The notes below the pieces were generated by a model. The model made no database searches and had not been told where the DNA came from. It was given only the letters and a program-made list of their open reading frames with translations. This document shows positions 44,960 to 55,376 of a DNA stretch of 64,000 nucleotides, piece after piece (position 1 is the stretch's first letter; every line of letters begins with the position of its first letter). Origin of the DNA: a virus. A program made the translations under genes and the position numbers. The DNA lies in the IMG/VR virus record IMGVR_UViG_3300027467_000624; one strand, given 5' to 3'.

Positions 44960-45779
44960 AATTAAATAGCAGCAATTCTTTTCTATCTTTTTGCTCTCGC
45001 ATATATTCACCAACAGAACGCATCGTATAAGTCAAATCAAACTCGGCAGCGTTCCAATCTTTAAATCGGTCTTTTACGAGTTGGTCTGAGTTATAACTAA
45101 TCAATTGATGCATATTAACACGAAAATCACAATCAGCAGCAAACTTATCATGATCGAATCCTTTGTGCATTGATCCCTTACGCCCATAGAGATTATCCTT
45201 AATATCATAAGGAGGATCGAGATACACAAAAGCAGTAGTGTCTCCATCCAAAAGATAATCGTATGAATAGTTAGTTATACGCCAATGCTTAATTATCTTA
45301 GAATACTCAGGCAGTTTTTCAATCCCACGCAAACTGAAGTTGTTGTTGGATGCCTGTGGTGAAAATGATGAACTCTCCGTGAGACCACTGAAACTACACT
45401 TATTGACAACATAGAAAGCCACAGCACGATCAATGCTTGGCAAATCCTTGTCATTTACTTGCTCCTTTGCTTTAAGAAAAAGTTCTTTTGCCAGGACCGG
45501 AGTATTATTTGTCGTCTTAAGATCTACAAGTTTATCTTTAATATCCACCCCAAACATCTGGAGTTGTTGCCAGAAGTTTACAAGAGGTTCATATAAATCA
45601 TTCACCCAAATATCTAGGTTAGGATACTTCTTTGTGATATAAATCGCAACACTTCCACCACCAAGAAATGGTTCACGGAACTCACGATAATCACGAAGGT
45701 CTGGAAAGTATGGTCCCATCTTTTCACATGCGCGGGATTTACCACCAGGATATCTTAGAGGTGTTTTAAGAGATTTCAT
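44928..45779 (-). CDS. dam: DNA adenine methyltransferase (Dam/D12 class)
   Basis: LRYPGGKS, EPFLGGGS, YLDPPY. Confidence 0.92.
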   Translation of the reverse strand: MKSLKTPLRYPGGKSRACEKMGPYFPDLRDYREFREPFLGGGSVAIYITKKYPNLDIWVNDLYEPLVNFWQQLQMFGVDIKDKLVDLKTTNNTPVLAKELFLKAKEQVNDKDLPSIDRAVAFYVVNKCSFSGLTESSSFSPQASNNNFSLRGIEKLPEYSKIIKHWRITNYSYDYLLDGDTTAFVYLDPPYDIKDNLYGRKGSMHKGFDHDKFAADCDFRVNMHQLISYNSDQLVKDRFKDWNAAEFDLTYTMRSVGEYMREQKDRKELLLFNYGTQRLAQLN

Positions 45780-45940
45780 TCTACAATACACCTCACAGAT
45801 ATTTGAGTTGTTTTAGTTGCTTCTGCCATCTCACGATATCCAGATCCAACATAAATTTGACCCCCAACTACAGCAACTGCCATAGCACCCCAAAAGATGT
45901 AATACCATTTAGATTTTACTTGATGTTGCTTATTTTCCAT
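45776..45940 (-). CDS. Small membrane protein (54 aa)
   Basis: MENKQHQVKSKWYYIFWGAMAVAVVGGQIYVG; ATGA coupling. Confidence 0.55.
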   Translation of the reverse strand: MENKQHQVKSKWYYIFWGAMAVAVVGGQIYVGSGYREMAEATKTTQISVRCIVE

Positions 45941-45942
45941 TT

Positions 45943-46236
45943 TCACAACACCAATTTTTTCTCGTCTGGAGTAATGAGTTTACTTCCATAAATCTCATTA
46001 TATTTTTTCTTAACTCCAGAATCAACTTCTGCAATATAGACAATATGATTCCTAGAAACAATAAGTTCAGGATTATCTTTATCAATAACTGTAGCCCAAG
46101 GAGCAAATCCAACGCTTTGTCCTGTAGGAAGAACTACTAGACCATTCTTTACGGTTACAAAGCTATCATCTTCAGAAATAACTTCTGCGATGATTTCTTC
46201 GCCAGTTAAAATACGAAACAGTTTTACATTAATCAT
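45943..46236 (-). CDS. Conserved hypothetical protein (Sm-like pattern)
   Basis: RILTGEEIIA...FAPW. Confidence 0.7.
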   Translation of the reverse strand: MINVKLFRILTGEEIIAEVISEDDSFVTVKNGLVVLPTGQSVGFAPWATVIDKDNPELIVSRNHIVYIAEVDSGVKKKYNEIYGSKLITPDEKKLVL

Positions 46237-47177
46237 TTGAATTCACACTCCACCATAATTTCAGTAAGGGCAGCAAGAAGATTTATTTCCTGGTCAGCAA
46301 CGAACGCACATTGGTATTGATACTTAGCAATAACAAGAACGGCAGCAGGGATAGATGCGGGAACAAGGCAATCGTAAGCGGCGTCATAAACCCTGCGAAG
46401 AAGACTAGAAGCATCGTTGTCCAGGTTGGAGACCACCCACTTTCTGACTTCAGGAAAGTTTTTATCTTTGAGGTTTTTAATAAGTTCATTTACAGAGATG
46501 TCTGAGAAAGATGCAAGAATGCCCGAGTCAATTTTTCCTCCTGTAGAATACCTCTGGCATTCGTTGAGGACCCTACGAAAATCTGGGAAGTGTTTTGTAA
46601 CCAATTCTGCAACGACTTTTTCATCATACTCAATCCTTTCAGAATCCAAGATTGATTGAAGTCGTTGAAAGAAACTTCCCGCAAGTTGAACTCTTTGCTT
46701 CCCTTTGATGGTGAAGTCGATGACGGCACATCGGGAGTGAAGAGGTTCGATAATCTTGTTCTTGTAGTTACAGGTGAAGATGAATCGACAGTTGTTATAA
46801 AATGCCTCAATATTCGCCCGTAGTAGGAGTTGAACATCGTTGCCCGTGTTGTCAGCTTCGTCAATGATGATGACTTTGTGTTTAGAAGATCCCGTAAGTG
46901 AGACGGTCGAAGCGAAGTTTTTCGCTTGGTTCCGTACAGTATCCAGGAAACGCCCTTCGTCGGATCCGTTGATGACATAATAGTCTGCCCCCAATTCATT
47001 ACATAATGCTTTTGCGATGGTGGTTTTACCAATACCAGGAGGTCCTGCTAGAAGGAGATTAGGAATCTCACCTTTTGCCACAAACTCCTTAAATGTTTTT
47101 TTAGTTTCATCAGGAAGAATACAATCCTCAATTACTTGAGGACGGTATCGTTCCACGAAAAGGAAATCACTGCTCAT
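46233..47177 (-). CDS. gp44: Clamp loader AAA+ subunit
   Basis: ERYRP, GPPGIGKT, IDEAD, LHSRC. Confidence 0.96.
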   Translation of the reverse strand: MSSDFLFVERYRPQVIEDCILPDETKKTFKEFVAKGEIPNLLLAGPPGIGKTTIAKALCNELGADYYVINGSDEGRFLDTVRNQAKNFASTVSLTGSSKHKVIIIDEADNTGNDVQLLLRANIEAFYNNCRFIFTCNYKNKIIEPLHSRCAVIDFTIKGKQRVQLAGSFFQRLQSILDSERIEYDEKVVAELVTKHFPDFRRVLNECQRYSTGGKIDSGILASFSDISVNELIKNLKDKNFPEVRKWVVSNLDNDASSLLRRVYDAAYDCLVPASIPAAVLVIAKYQYQCAFVADQEINLLAALTEIMVECEFK

Positions 47178-47179
47178 AA

Positions 47180-47692
47180 TTAAATCCACGAAGGTCGTCT
47201 TTCGGGCATACGAAGATAGTTATCAGCAACCCAAGGTTTGGATGCAATATATCTTTTGTATGCTTCAAATGTATCAATGGTGTCGTCAAACTTCCATTCC
47301 TCAGGCATAGCACGAGCAAATGGAGTCACCTCCGTAATCTTACCCTTGGGAAACAAATAGTATGCATCCACAAGGGTTTTATAACAGGAGTGAGTTTTAT
47401 TATACCGCAGGCAGTATTCATCAGACAAGTTCAATCCCCACTTGATTAACCAGTAGGCATTATGGATACTCTCCATAGCCCACTTTGTGCAGGGGTGATT
47501 GCGGAATGCTCCTTTCTCGGTCTTGTAGGGGGTTCCATCTGCCTTAGGGAGGGTGCCATACCCATATCCCCACTTATCAGATGCCACGATAGAAAGCATC
47601 TGACAACACTCTAATGGCATCTTAACAATATGTTTATCGGGGAGACAGATAGCACTTTCAGCAGGCCATGGTGATGTAACAAATATATTCAT
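47180..47692 (-). CDS. Pyrimidine-dimer DNA glycosylase-like protein (Pyr_excise/DenV-related)
   Basis: MNIF...DKHIVKMPLE..QML, HPCTKW. Confidence 0.7.
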   Translation of the reverse strand: MNIFVTSPWPAESAICLPDKHIVKMPLECCQMLSIVASDKWGYGYGTLPKADGTPYKTEKGAFRNHPCTKWAMESIHNAYWLIKWGLNLSDEYCLRYNKTHSCYKTLVDAYYLFPKGKITEVTPFARAMPEEWKFDDTIDTFEAYKRYIASKPWVADNYLRMPERRPSWI

Positions 47693-47694
47693 AA

Positions 47695-48114
47695 TCAAAA
47701 ACAATACTTTTGAAGTACGTAATTCACTTTATCTGGTTTATCTTCCATCCAGAATGCTTCATGTTCCATTTGTTCGGAAGCATTAGATAATCCAACAGAT
47801 TTTTGAACATCTTGAAGTTTTTCTGGCAAAAGTGACATATCTTTTAATGAAATATAAAATGGTTTATAACCATTACACATATGGGCAATATGTGTTGCTT
47901 CATGATAAACCGTTTCATTTACATAATGTTTTAGATCATAACCACCTTCTTTAATATTTTTGGTGCAAATAACCAATTTATCAAAGTCACTATAACCAAA
48001 ATAATTTTTATCTCTACAATATCCAATATTTTCTTTAACTGGATAACCTGCTTTGATTACATTATTAATAATTTTATTGGCAGTAGGTGTGAGATAAAGA
48101 AGAAATTCCATCAA
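47695..48114 (-). CDS. HEXXH-motif hypothetical protein
   Basis: VYHEATHIAHMC; EHEAFWME. Confidence 0.55.
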   Translation of the reverse strand: MMEFLLYLTPTANKIINNVIKAGYPVKENIGYCRDKNYFGYSDFDKLVICTKNIKEGGYDLKHYVNETVYHEATHIAHMCNGYKPFYISLKDMSLLPEKLQDVQKSVGLSNASEQMEHEAFWMEDKPDKVNYVLQKYCF

Positions 48115-48776
48115 CCAAAAGTAGAATCGGGTTCCAAAGCAATATAATAGGTCACATCAAATCCAGTATTCTTGAATCGTGACAAAAGTTTGGAAGAAAT
48201 TACAACTTCATAAGCACCAGGAATAATCTTGATGTTTTCTACCTTAAAGTTGAATGTGAACACTTCATCAGTTTCACCAACAACAACAGAAAAATCATTG
48301 GAGGTATCGTTCTTCTTATCACGAACAACCAGTTTCACCACACCTGCTTCGCCAACCACAGACAAGTCAGGAAGTTGATACACAGCAGCAGCTTTAAGGA
48401 GTTTATCAAGTTCCTTGGTATCAAGAATGAAACAAACATCTTCGGAAGGAAGAGAAATAGATTTATCGGGAGGAGTAACGATTACATTAGGGTCTGCAAA
48501 GAAATACTTAGAACGAGACCGACCTTCCTTAATAACTACATAACCATCATTCTGGAAATCAAGTTCAGCATTCTGATGAAGATTGAGACCATTCAGAAAT
48601 TGATTGAGATCGTAGATACCAAAATCTTTGGGAAGTTCTTCTTCGATTGTTGCTTCCGCGAGAATATTCTTCATTACAGAAATAGTACGAAGATTATTTC
48701 CTTCTTTAAACAGAATAGACTGGTTAATAGAAGAGAAGTTCTTGAGGAGCGTGAGAGTTTTATCAGAGAGTTTCAT
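48111..48776 (-). CDS. gp45: Sliding clamp
   Basis: MKLSDKTLTLLKNFSSINQS, FGIYDL..FL, YYIALE. Confidence 0.96.
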   Translation of the reverse strand: MKLSDKTLTLLKNFSSINQSILFKEGNNLRTISVMKNILAEATIEEELPKDFGIYDLNQFLNGLNLHQNAELDFQNDGYVVIKEGRSRSKYFFADPNVIVTPPDKSISLPSEDVCFILDTKELDKLLKAAAVYQLPDLSVVGEAGVVKLVVRDKKNDTSNDFSVVVGETDEVFTFNFKVENIKIIPGAYEVVISSKLLSRFKNTGFDVTYYIALEPDSTFG

Positions 48777-48781
48777 AATAA

Positions 48782-49189
48782 TCAGCGAAATTCAGAGAGA
48801 CCGTTATCTTTACGAGTGTAGTGTCCATCAAAGTGGAGCAGAAGCATAGCATAGTGAATCACTTTAAGCAAATCACGCTTATTGCGTCCATCCTTGTCAC
48901 CGTAGCGACTACCATACTTAATGATGTTTGCTTGACAGAACCCAGCAGCAAGTTCTTTTGCTGCCATTAGGTCAATTGTCTGAACATCTTTGTAATCTTG
49001 TTCATGACCACAGTAGTGACTACCATAAGTGCTGGTTACATAGTCTTGAATATCTTTCAGAATTTTATCTTCATTGTATTTCCAAAGATGATTAGTAGGT
49101 TCGTTCATATTCAAATGCTTTTTTGTGAGTTCAATAATATCTTCACCATCTCTATAAAGAGTGAAGTTGTTGTAAGGATACTTGTCCAT
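48782..49189 (-). CDS. Conserved hypothetical protein (DUF3310-like)
   Basis: TYGSHY, FCQANIIKY.SRYG.K, DLLKVIHY. Confidence 0.7.
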   Translation of the reverse strand: MDKYPYNNFTLYRDGEDIIELTKKHLNMNEPTNHLWKYNEDKILKDIQDYVTSTYGSHYCGHEQDYKDVQTIDLMAAKELAAGFCQANIIKYGSRYGDKDGRNKRDLLKVIHYAMLLLHFDGHYTRKDNGLSEFR

Positions 49190-49224
49190 AATTAAGAAAA
49201 GGGAAGGCACAATTACCTTCCCCA

Positions 49225-49253
49225 ATTATATCAAACAGACTGGTATGTGTCAA
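49225..49253 (-). promoter_or_regulatory. Consensus sigma70 promoter for gp45 operon
   Basis: TTGACA-17-TATAAT. Confidence 0.8.
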
Positions 49254-50334
49254 TGGACTCTTCAACAGGCATCTGGAAGTCAGCATCCACTTTGTCATAA
49301 AGTTCAAGGAATGCTTGCTTGGTTTCATCATCAAAGCGGTTCACACACACTTGGATTGCCTTTGCCTTGTCTTGGAAGATGCTGTAAGCACGGATGATGT
49401 GAACCAGACGGCGGGTGCTGATGATTTCCTCAATACCACCATCGTAGAAGGTCTTGCGGATGATATCTGCCCAGTCAACCAGGCGCTTGCAGAAATCACG
49501 GTCTTCCACGCCAAGGTCCAGAGCGATGCCTTCCAGAATCTTCTGCTCAGTAGCAGGAGCAGGGTAGGACTGCTCAAAGGTCACAGGGAAACGCTCTAGG
49601 AACGCTTCGTTGAGCACATTGGTGCCAATGAAACGTCCGTCATCAGAACCCTTACCCTTAGTATTAGCGGTGGCAATCACATTAAAACCAGCGGCAGGTT
49701 TTACCCAGCGACCAATCTTTTTCAGGAAAACACCTTTACCTTCGAGAATAGATTGCAAACAAAGAATCTTGTTAGAAGCAAGGTCAATCTCATCCAACAG
49801 AAGAATAGCACCACGCTCAAGTGCTTCAATCACGGGACCGTTGTGCCAAGCAGTATTCCCATCAACAAGACGGAAACCCCCAATAAGATCGTCTTCATCA
49901 GTCTCAATAGTGATATTGACGCGAATCAGTTCACGCTTAAGTTGAGCACACGCTTGCTCAACAGAGAACGTTTTACCGTTACCCGAAAGACCCGTAATAA
50001 ACGTAGGATAAAAGAGACGGGACTGAATAATTTTTTTAACATCAGCAAAGTTACCAAACTTGACGAAGGTATCATCTTTATCGGGAATAAGGTTTTGTTC
50101 CACAGCAGGAATCGCAGCAGGTGCTTGGAAAGTGCGTTCAATTTCTTTTACTTTTTGTTGCGTAACTTCAAGATTCCATTTACCACGACCCACTTTAAAT
50201 TGGTCAAGTTTTTTTGTAACAGTTTGATAGTTAGCATCGTTCAGATTACACCAAGCACGAATATCAGCACCAGTGATAGTGCTACCATACAGGTTTTGAA
50301 GAGAAGTGCGGATGTAGTCAGAGGAGAGTGCCAT
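49231..50334 (-). CDS. cobS: CobS-like (MoxR) AAA+ ATPase
   Basis: GLSGNGKT, LLLDEID, TANTKG, AFLERF. Confidence 0.9.
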   Translation of the reverse strand: MALSSDYIRTSLQNLYGSTITGADIRAWCNLNDANYQTVTKKLDQFKVGRGKWNLEVTQQKVKEIERTFQAPAAIPAVEQNLIPDKDDTFVKFGNFADVKKIIQSRLFYPTFITGLSGNGKTFSVEQACAQLKRELIRVNITIETDEDDLIGGFRLVDGNTAWHNGPVIEALERGAILLLDEIDLASNKILCLQSILEGKGVFLKKIGRWVKPAAGFNVIATANTKGKGSDDGRFIGTNVLNEAFLERFPVTFEQSYPAPATEQKILEGIALDLGVEDRDFCKRLVDWADIIRKTFYDGGIEEIISTRRLVHIIRAYSIFQDKAKAIQVCVNRFDDETKQAFLELYDKVDADFQMPVEESIDTYQSV

Positions 50335-50359
50335 TTGTTTGCTTTGTTTCAACATAGTC

Positions 50360-50416
50360 ATTATAGACCAAAAAGGGGTCCTCTTGGGACCCCAGTGGTC
50401 AGTTCTCCAATTGGTT
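50360..50416 (-). promoter_or_regulatory. Dyad-N29-TATAAT promoter, copy 2
   Basis: CCAATT-GGAG-AACTGACCAC, 29 nt containing GGGGTCC/GGACCCC hairpin, TATAAT. Confidence 0.6.
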
Positions 50417-50584
50417 CTTGAGTTCTTTGAGATACTCTTCGCTGGCAATATGTCCAGTATATCCTGGATAGTATTTATTAACTAAAGAAGGAATACCAAT
50501 AGCAGTTGTGCTGCTATTGCATTTAATCCATACTTCTTTAGTATCATATTTTACTACATGTTCAAATGGAAATTTAGTTTTCAT
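50399..50584 (-). CDS. Hypothetical protein
   Basis: ORF track; ATGA coupling. Confidence 0.6.
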   Translation of the reverse strand: MKTKFPFEHVVKYDTKEVWIKCNSSTTAIGIPSLVNKYYPGYTGHIASEEYLKELKNQLEN

Positions 50585-51294
50585 TTTTTATTTCGTTCTT
50601 CTTGTTTACGCTTTGCAAATTGCATATAAGTTTCACCTGGTTTTAGGCGATTACTATAATCTTGTTTTGTTTGTGCAGATGTATTTTGACCTCTGTTTTC
50701 TCGAGCTCTCATCTTGTTGCCAGCGCCACTAATAGCAGCATCTTTTTTGGGATCTGGATGCCACCAGTCACCCGCCTCACTCATATTCTGTTCATAAGTA
50801 AATGTCTTGTTTTTAACTTTAGTATCAAACTCACCAGTTCTACCTGGATTCATTTTACCGACTTTAACACGCTTACCCTCTCCTGGCCAAGACTTATTAG
50901 TTCCCACCAGTTGAGCAGAACCCTTTGGTTTTTTTTGAATTAAGACAGAATCTTGATTATATTTTTTACCAAGTTTAGTGATTGCTTTTTTGAACTTTTT
51001 CTTACCCATTTTACCAGAAGAAACTACATGTGATTTCTCACCTACTTTTTTTTCTTGAGGAGTTCCTGGGTTTTCAGTATATCTACCAGATACCTTAGTA
51101 GGTCCTGGAAGACCAGCACCTCTAATATCTTTCTCCAATTGTTTTGAACGCGCTTTATTTTCTTTCTTTGATTTATCGCCTCTTTGGGCAGACATAATTG
51201 CCATACCACCTTTTTCTGATTTTGAGCGAACTCTATTCAAAGATGTTTCTTGAATAGAGTAACACTCTACCACAAATTCTTGGAATGTTTTCAT
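50581..51294 (-). CDS. Basic protein with T4 CTS-like start, probable internal head protein
   Basis: MKTFQEFVVE; second module after MSEAGDWWHPDP. Confidence 0.6.
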   Translation of the reverse strand: MKTFQEFVVECYSIQETSLNRVRSKSEKGGMAIMSAQRGDKSKKENKARSKQLEKDIRGAGLPGPTKVSGRYTENPGTPQEKKVGEKSHVVSSGKMGKKKFKKAITKLGKKYNQDSVLIQKKPKGSAQLVGTNKSWPGEGKRVKVGKMNPGRTGEFDTKVKNKTFTYEQNMSEAGDWWHPDPKKDAAISGAGNKMRARENRGQNTSAQTKQDYSNRLKPGETYMQFAKRKQEERNKK

Positions 51295-53480
51295 GCTACC
51301 AAAGAAATAAATTCTCCTAATACTTTTTTATTTAGTTTTTTAGTCTTCAAAGATTTCACAAAAGCAGATTTGATTTGAGATTTGGTTGCATCTTCAGCAA
51401 TTTCAAATTCAGTATCTTGAGAAAGTGCGGTTGCAGACATTCCAAAGTATGCATCATATCCAGAGTTAGTAATAGTGAAACTCTTCAGTTTTTTCCAATC
51501 ACTCAGGATTTTATCATACACCTTACCATCATTGATAGAGTGATAAAGACCAATAAACCGACTTGCATTGCGACTTTCAAGAACACGAATACCAATAAAG
51601 TTTGTATTAGAAAACTTATCTTTCAAGTTCCTGAGAAGAGCATCAGTAAACTCATGATAACCATATCCAATCTTATAGGTAGTTCCAAGTTTGCGGTCAC
51701 GCAGGAAGGTTAGTTCTGGATTAATATATCCAGTTCCAAGAAATGGTTTCTTTTCCCACTGGCGTTTGACTTCTTTGTGATAAACAAGTTGATTTGCCTC
51801 ACCATCAGTCAAAACAATACACTGCACCTTCTGAAGTTTATTTTCTTTTTGAAACTTAGGAAGAATTTGGTTAAGAGTAATCAGTGCCTCATTTAGAGGA
51901 GTTCCAGAAAGACAAAGACGACTCGGATAGGTATAAGAAGAACTATAAGTCCTACCAAAACAATAAGCAAGACGCCAAATGTTGAGCATTTGATTCTCAA
52001 GAACTTTACCAGAAACTTTACTAGTAAGAATGTTCATCATCGAGAAAGTTTCATCTACAACCAGAAGACCATCTTTCTTTTGATAATGTGGAGTACGGTC
52101 TGCAGCGAGATAACGATCATTCTCATAATCATACTCACCGCGACGCCACTCACTAGTAAAAGCATAAACCTCAAAAGGAATGGAAACTTTCTTACAAAAC
52201 CAAACAATGTTAAAGAGTTGTTTACAAGTATCAAGCATCACATCGCACATAGAACCACTCCAGTCCAACACAAATACCAGACCATGATTTTTGCCATCAG
52301 GAATCACAGATACTTTCTTGAACAAGTCTTCATTGTACTTGTAAGTATGAAGACGAGTTGTATCGAGAATACCAGTGCGAGCAGTTGATGCACGAGCATA
52401 CTGGTCTGCTGCCTTACGGCACTCAAATTCTTTTACAAGGTAATTGACTTCTTTTTGGGCAGAAGACTTGAACTTCTTGAACTCAGTATCAGATTCTTTA
52501 TAAAGATTTACTGGAGTATATCCCTTTTCTTGTGCGTGTTCATTATGAATTTTTTGTTGATGAGCAAAAGAATCATCAATATCTTTATGAACTTCAGAGT
52601 TCTTACCAATAACAGTATCAAGATTTACTTGAGGAACCTCAATATAAACATTTTCATATCCATCGTTACCCACAAGGTCACGAATCTTATCTTCCAAAGA
52701 CTCTGCAGTGCGAACTTCAGGTTCTTCTTTTTCCCCAGAAGATTTTACAGGAGTTTCATCACCTTGAGCAGTGCCGCCATAGGACTCAGAAGACTCTTTT
52801 TTGGAGGAGTTATCACTCTCACCTTCTTGCTCAGAAGAGGAGTCATTAGTCTCTACAAAATCGCTTGCAGGAGACTGCGAGTTCCCTTGAGTTTCTTGCG
52901 AATCAAAGTCAGCAACCTTCTGCTGTTGTTCCTTTTCTTTTTTACAATACTTATAAAGTTCTTCAGCAGCAATCAATGTATCTGCAAAACTTTCACAAGC
53001 ATCAATGATATTAATGATTTCTTTTTCCTCTGGAGCAAAATCAAGAGTCAAAAAGTTACCAACTTTAAAATAAAGGTTAGCACGATCGGCAAGATTAAAA
53101 GTAGAAATATCTTCTTCTTTAAGTTGAAAGAAATCTTCTTCGTTCAGTTCCTTATAACCATTGAAGAAAGTCTTAGCAAGTCCAGCATACTTACGCTTCA
53201 TCAGTTTCTCAATGCGGGCATCTTCTACCACATTCACAAACTGCTGAGGAACCTTTGCAGTCTCAGTCCAATCTTCATCAGGAGTGAAGAGAGCATGACC
53301 CACCTCATGACCCACCAGAAGGTCATACACAAGACCACTTGCCTTTTCCCACAAAGGAAGGGTGAGAACACGAGTATGAACATTGAAGCACGCTGTAGGA
53401 ACTTTCTTGTGCTCCACTACAAGGTCTTCAGTGGCAAGCAGTTTGGCAAGTTGGGATTTGATTTCGTGAGAGACTGCCAT
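51291..53480 (-). CDS. CobT-like protein: HEXXH metallopeptidase N-terminus, vWA domain
   Basis: GHEVGH, VEDARIE, LDWSGSM MIDAS, LTDGE. Confidence 0.85.
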   Translation of the reverse strand: MAVSHEIKSQLAKLLATEDLVVEHKKVPTACFNVHTRVLTLPLWEKASGLVYDLLVGHEVGHALFTPDEDWTETAKVPQQFVNVVEDARIEKLMKRKYAGLAKTFFNGYKELNEEDFFQLKEEDISTFNLADRANLYFKVGNFLTLDFAPEEKEIINIIDACESFADTLIAAEELYKYCKKEKEQQQKVADFDSQETQGNSQSPASDFVETNDSSSEQEGESDNSSKKESSESYGGTAQGDETPVKSSGEKEEPEVRTAESLEDKIRDLVGNDGYENVYIEVPQVNLDTVIGKNSEVHKDIDDSFAHQQKIHNEHAQEKGYTPVNLYKESDTEFKKFKSSAQKEVNYLVKEFECRKAADQYARASTARTGILDTTRLHTYKYNEDLFKKVSVIPDGKNHGLVFVLDWSGSMCDVMLDTCKQLFNIVWFCKKVSIPFEVYAFTSEWRRGEYDYENDRYLAADRTPHYQKKDGLLVVDETFSMMNILTSKVSGKVLENQMLNIWRLAYCFGRTYSSSYTYPSRLCLSGTPLNEALITLNQILPKFQKENKLQKVQCIVLTDGEANQLVYHKEVKRQWEKKPFLGTGYINPELTFLRDRKLGTTYKIGYGYHEFTDALLRNLKDKFSNTNFIGIRVLESRNASRFIGLYHSINDGKVYDKILSDWKKLKSFTITNSGYDAYFGMSATALSQDTEFEIAEDATKSQIKSAFVKSLKTKKLNKKVLGEFISLVA

Positions 53481-53649
53481 TGGATTTGTTTCGTATGAGA
53501 CCATCATAAAACGAAAGGTCGCCTTTTGGGCGACCCATGTGACGCTTTTTGAACTGGGCGAGTCGTGCTTTCGCTTGCCTCAGTGCTTGCGGTTTAAGTT
53601 TTCGTTTCTGTTCTTTCTTGGAATGGTGCTTCCAGTTTGGGACTTGCAT
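53428..53649 (-). CDS. Small basic hypothetical protein
   Basis: NWKHHSKKEQKRKLKPQALRQAK; 3' part overlaps promoter and next gene. Confidence 0.55.
   Translation of the reverse strand: MQVPNWKHHSKKEQKRKLKPQALRQAKARLAQFKKRHMGRPKGDLSFYDGLIRNKSNGSLSRNQIPTCQTACH
53503..53559 (-). promoter_or_regulatory. Dyad-N29-TATGAT promoter, copy 3
   Basis: CCAGTT-CAAA-AAGCGTCACA, 29 nt containing GGTCGCC/GGCGACC hairpin, TATGAT. Confidence 0.55.
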
Positions 53650-53663
53650 TGTTCTTGAGTGGT

Positions 53664-55376
53664 TCAGACCACCATACGCGAAAAACCTTTTACTTTCTCA
53701 AACTTTATGACACTTTCAAATCTGTCCTCAAGACCTGTCTTATGAGAGATAACAAAAATGTTTGCGTCTTTAATCACATAACGAATAATCTTAAGGAACT
53801 CTTCAGTTCCAAATCCATCAAGTGAAGAATCAAACACCTCATCCATAATCAAAAGATTTGTATTGACGGAGTTCTTCATTCTTGCAACTTCTCTCCATGT
53901 GAAGAGTAGAGCAAGGTCAATTCTCATTTTCTCTCCTTCACTAAAGGAAGCATAAGAGAAATCTTCGTGAATAGGTGACTGGACGGTTTCGTTAAACTCC
54001 TCATCAAGTGTAAAGTTAATGTAGAAGTCCATCATCTGCAAATAGCGATTAACTTGCTGATTGATGAGAGGCAAATACTTCTTGATGATTTTGGATTTTA
54101 CTCCACCGTCTTTAAGTAAACTATACGAAAAATCGTAATAGTTGATTGTGTCTTTTTTAGAAGCGAGGTCGTCGTATGTAGTTTTTAAGTTGTCTCTGAA
54201 GGATTCTAACTTCTCATGTTCAGAATTTCGGTTTGCAAGGTTCTCGGTAAGAACTTGAATTTCTGATTCAAGATTTCGGATTTGTCTCCGCAATCCATTA
54301 ATCTTAATATTGTTTTGAGAAATGCCATTCGTTAATTTTGAAATCTCCTTCGACAGAGTATTGAATTGACGCTCTCGCTCCTCTTCCTCTTTAATTGCCT
54401 CCTCTAGTTCTTTATACCCAGATTGCAACTCCTTTGCTTTAGATTGAGCGTCGTTAATTCTATTTATTCTGAAGGTCTCTTCAATGGATTGAGTGCAGGT
54501 GGGGCATACCGTATTCTCTGTGAAGAACTTATGCTCTTTAGTAATGGTAGATACTTTTTGTGAGATTTTACCTTTCAAGTTTCCCAACTTACGAAGTTTA
54601 TCAGCATATCCAACTAACTTATCTTGCTCTCTAATATACTCATAAAGAGGTTCTTCTAAAGAACCATTTTCATCCATATGTTGTTGAATTTCTTTATCTA
54701 AATCGGAAATTTTCCGATTATTGTTATCAATACTTTCTTTTCCGCGATTCTCAAGTTCTTCGATAAACTCTTGTTGCATCTTAACCTTATCGAGCAAAGA
54801 TTCTTTCTTTAAGTCAAGAACTTTAATATCTTCTTTTGCCTGACGAATCTTTTCTTTAATTACCGCGTTCATTGAAGAGAAAATCTTAATATCAAGAAGA
54901 TCTTCAATCACTTCACGACGATGAGCAGCAGAAAGTTGCATGAAAGGAACAAAAGTACTGGAACCCAAAATTACAATTTGAGTAAAAGACTTGTAGTTCA
55001 TTTTAAGAACAGTCTGTTCAAACCACTTTTGTTGGTCTAGAGCAGCTGAAGACTGGTCTAAAGGAGTATCATTTCTCCAAATCTCAAACAGTGCCGGTTT
55101 TATTCCTCTTACAACTTTCCAATCAGTGTTTCCAATTGAAAACTCAACTTCAACTCTACAATCCTTCTCATTTACAGAGTTGATTAGTTGTGGTTTATTA
55201 ATCTTACGAAATGGTTTTCCAAATAAAGAAAATGTAAGTGCATCCAAAACGGTGCTTTTTCCAGCTCCGTTTGTGCCGACGATTAGATTAGTTTTATTTT
55301 CAGTAAAATCAACTTCCGTATATTGATTTCCAGTACTTAAGAAGTTTTTCCATCTAATAGTTTTAAATAAAATCAT
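53664..55376 (-). CDS. gp46: Recombination endonuclease, Rad50/SbcC-like subunit
   Basis: KNFLSTGN, NGAGKST, CPTC hook, FSEGE, DEVFD. Confidence 0.96.
   Translation of the reverse strand: MILFKTIRWKNFLSTGNQYTEVDFTENKTNLIVGTNGAGKSTVLDALTFSLFGKPFRKINKPQLINSVNEKDCRVEVEFSIGNTDWKVVRGIKPALFEIWRNDTPLDQSSAALDQQKWFEQTVLKMNYKSFTQIVILGSSTFVPFMQLSAAHRREVIEDLLDIKIFSSMNAVIKEKIRQAKEDIKVLDLKKESLLDKVKMQQEFIEELENRGKESIDNNNRKISDLDKEIQQHMDENGSLEEPLYEYIREQDKLVGYADKLRKLGNLKGKISQKVSTITKEHKFFTENTVCPTCTQSIEETFRINRINDAQSKAKELQSGYKELEEAIKEEEERERQFNTLSKEISKLTNGISQNNIKINGLRRQIRNLESEIQVLTENLANRNSEHEKLESFRDNLKTTYDDLASKKDTINYYDFSYSLLKDGGVKSKIIKKYLPLINQQVNRYLQMMDFYINFTLDEEFNETVQSPIHEDFSYASFSEGEKMRIDLALLFTWREVARMKNSVNTNLLIMDEVFDSSLDGFGTEEFLKIIRYVIKDANIFVISHKTGLEDRFESVIKFEKVKGFSRMVV

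Noticed and set aside
52455-53498. Long plus-strand ORFs in the track (also 49753..50421, 32016..32630, 25618..26142, 18672..19187)
   Set aside because: All lie antisense to well-supported minus-strand genes, lack recognisable motifs and reflect codon bias of the sense gene
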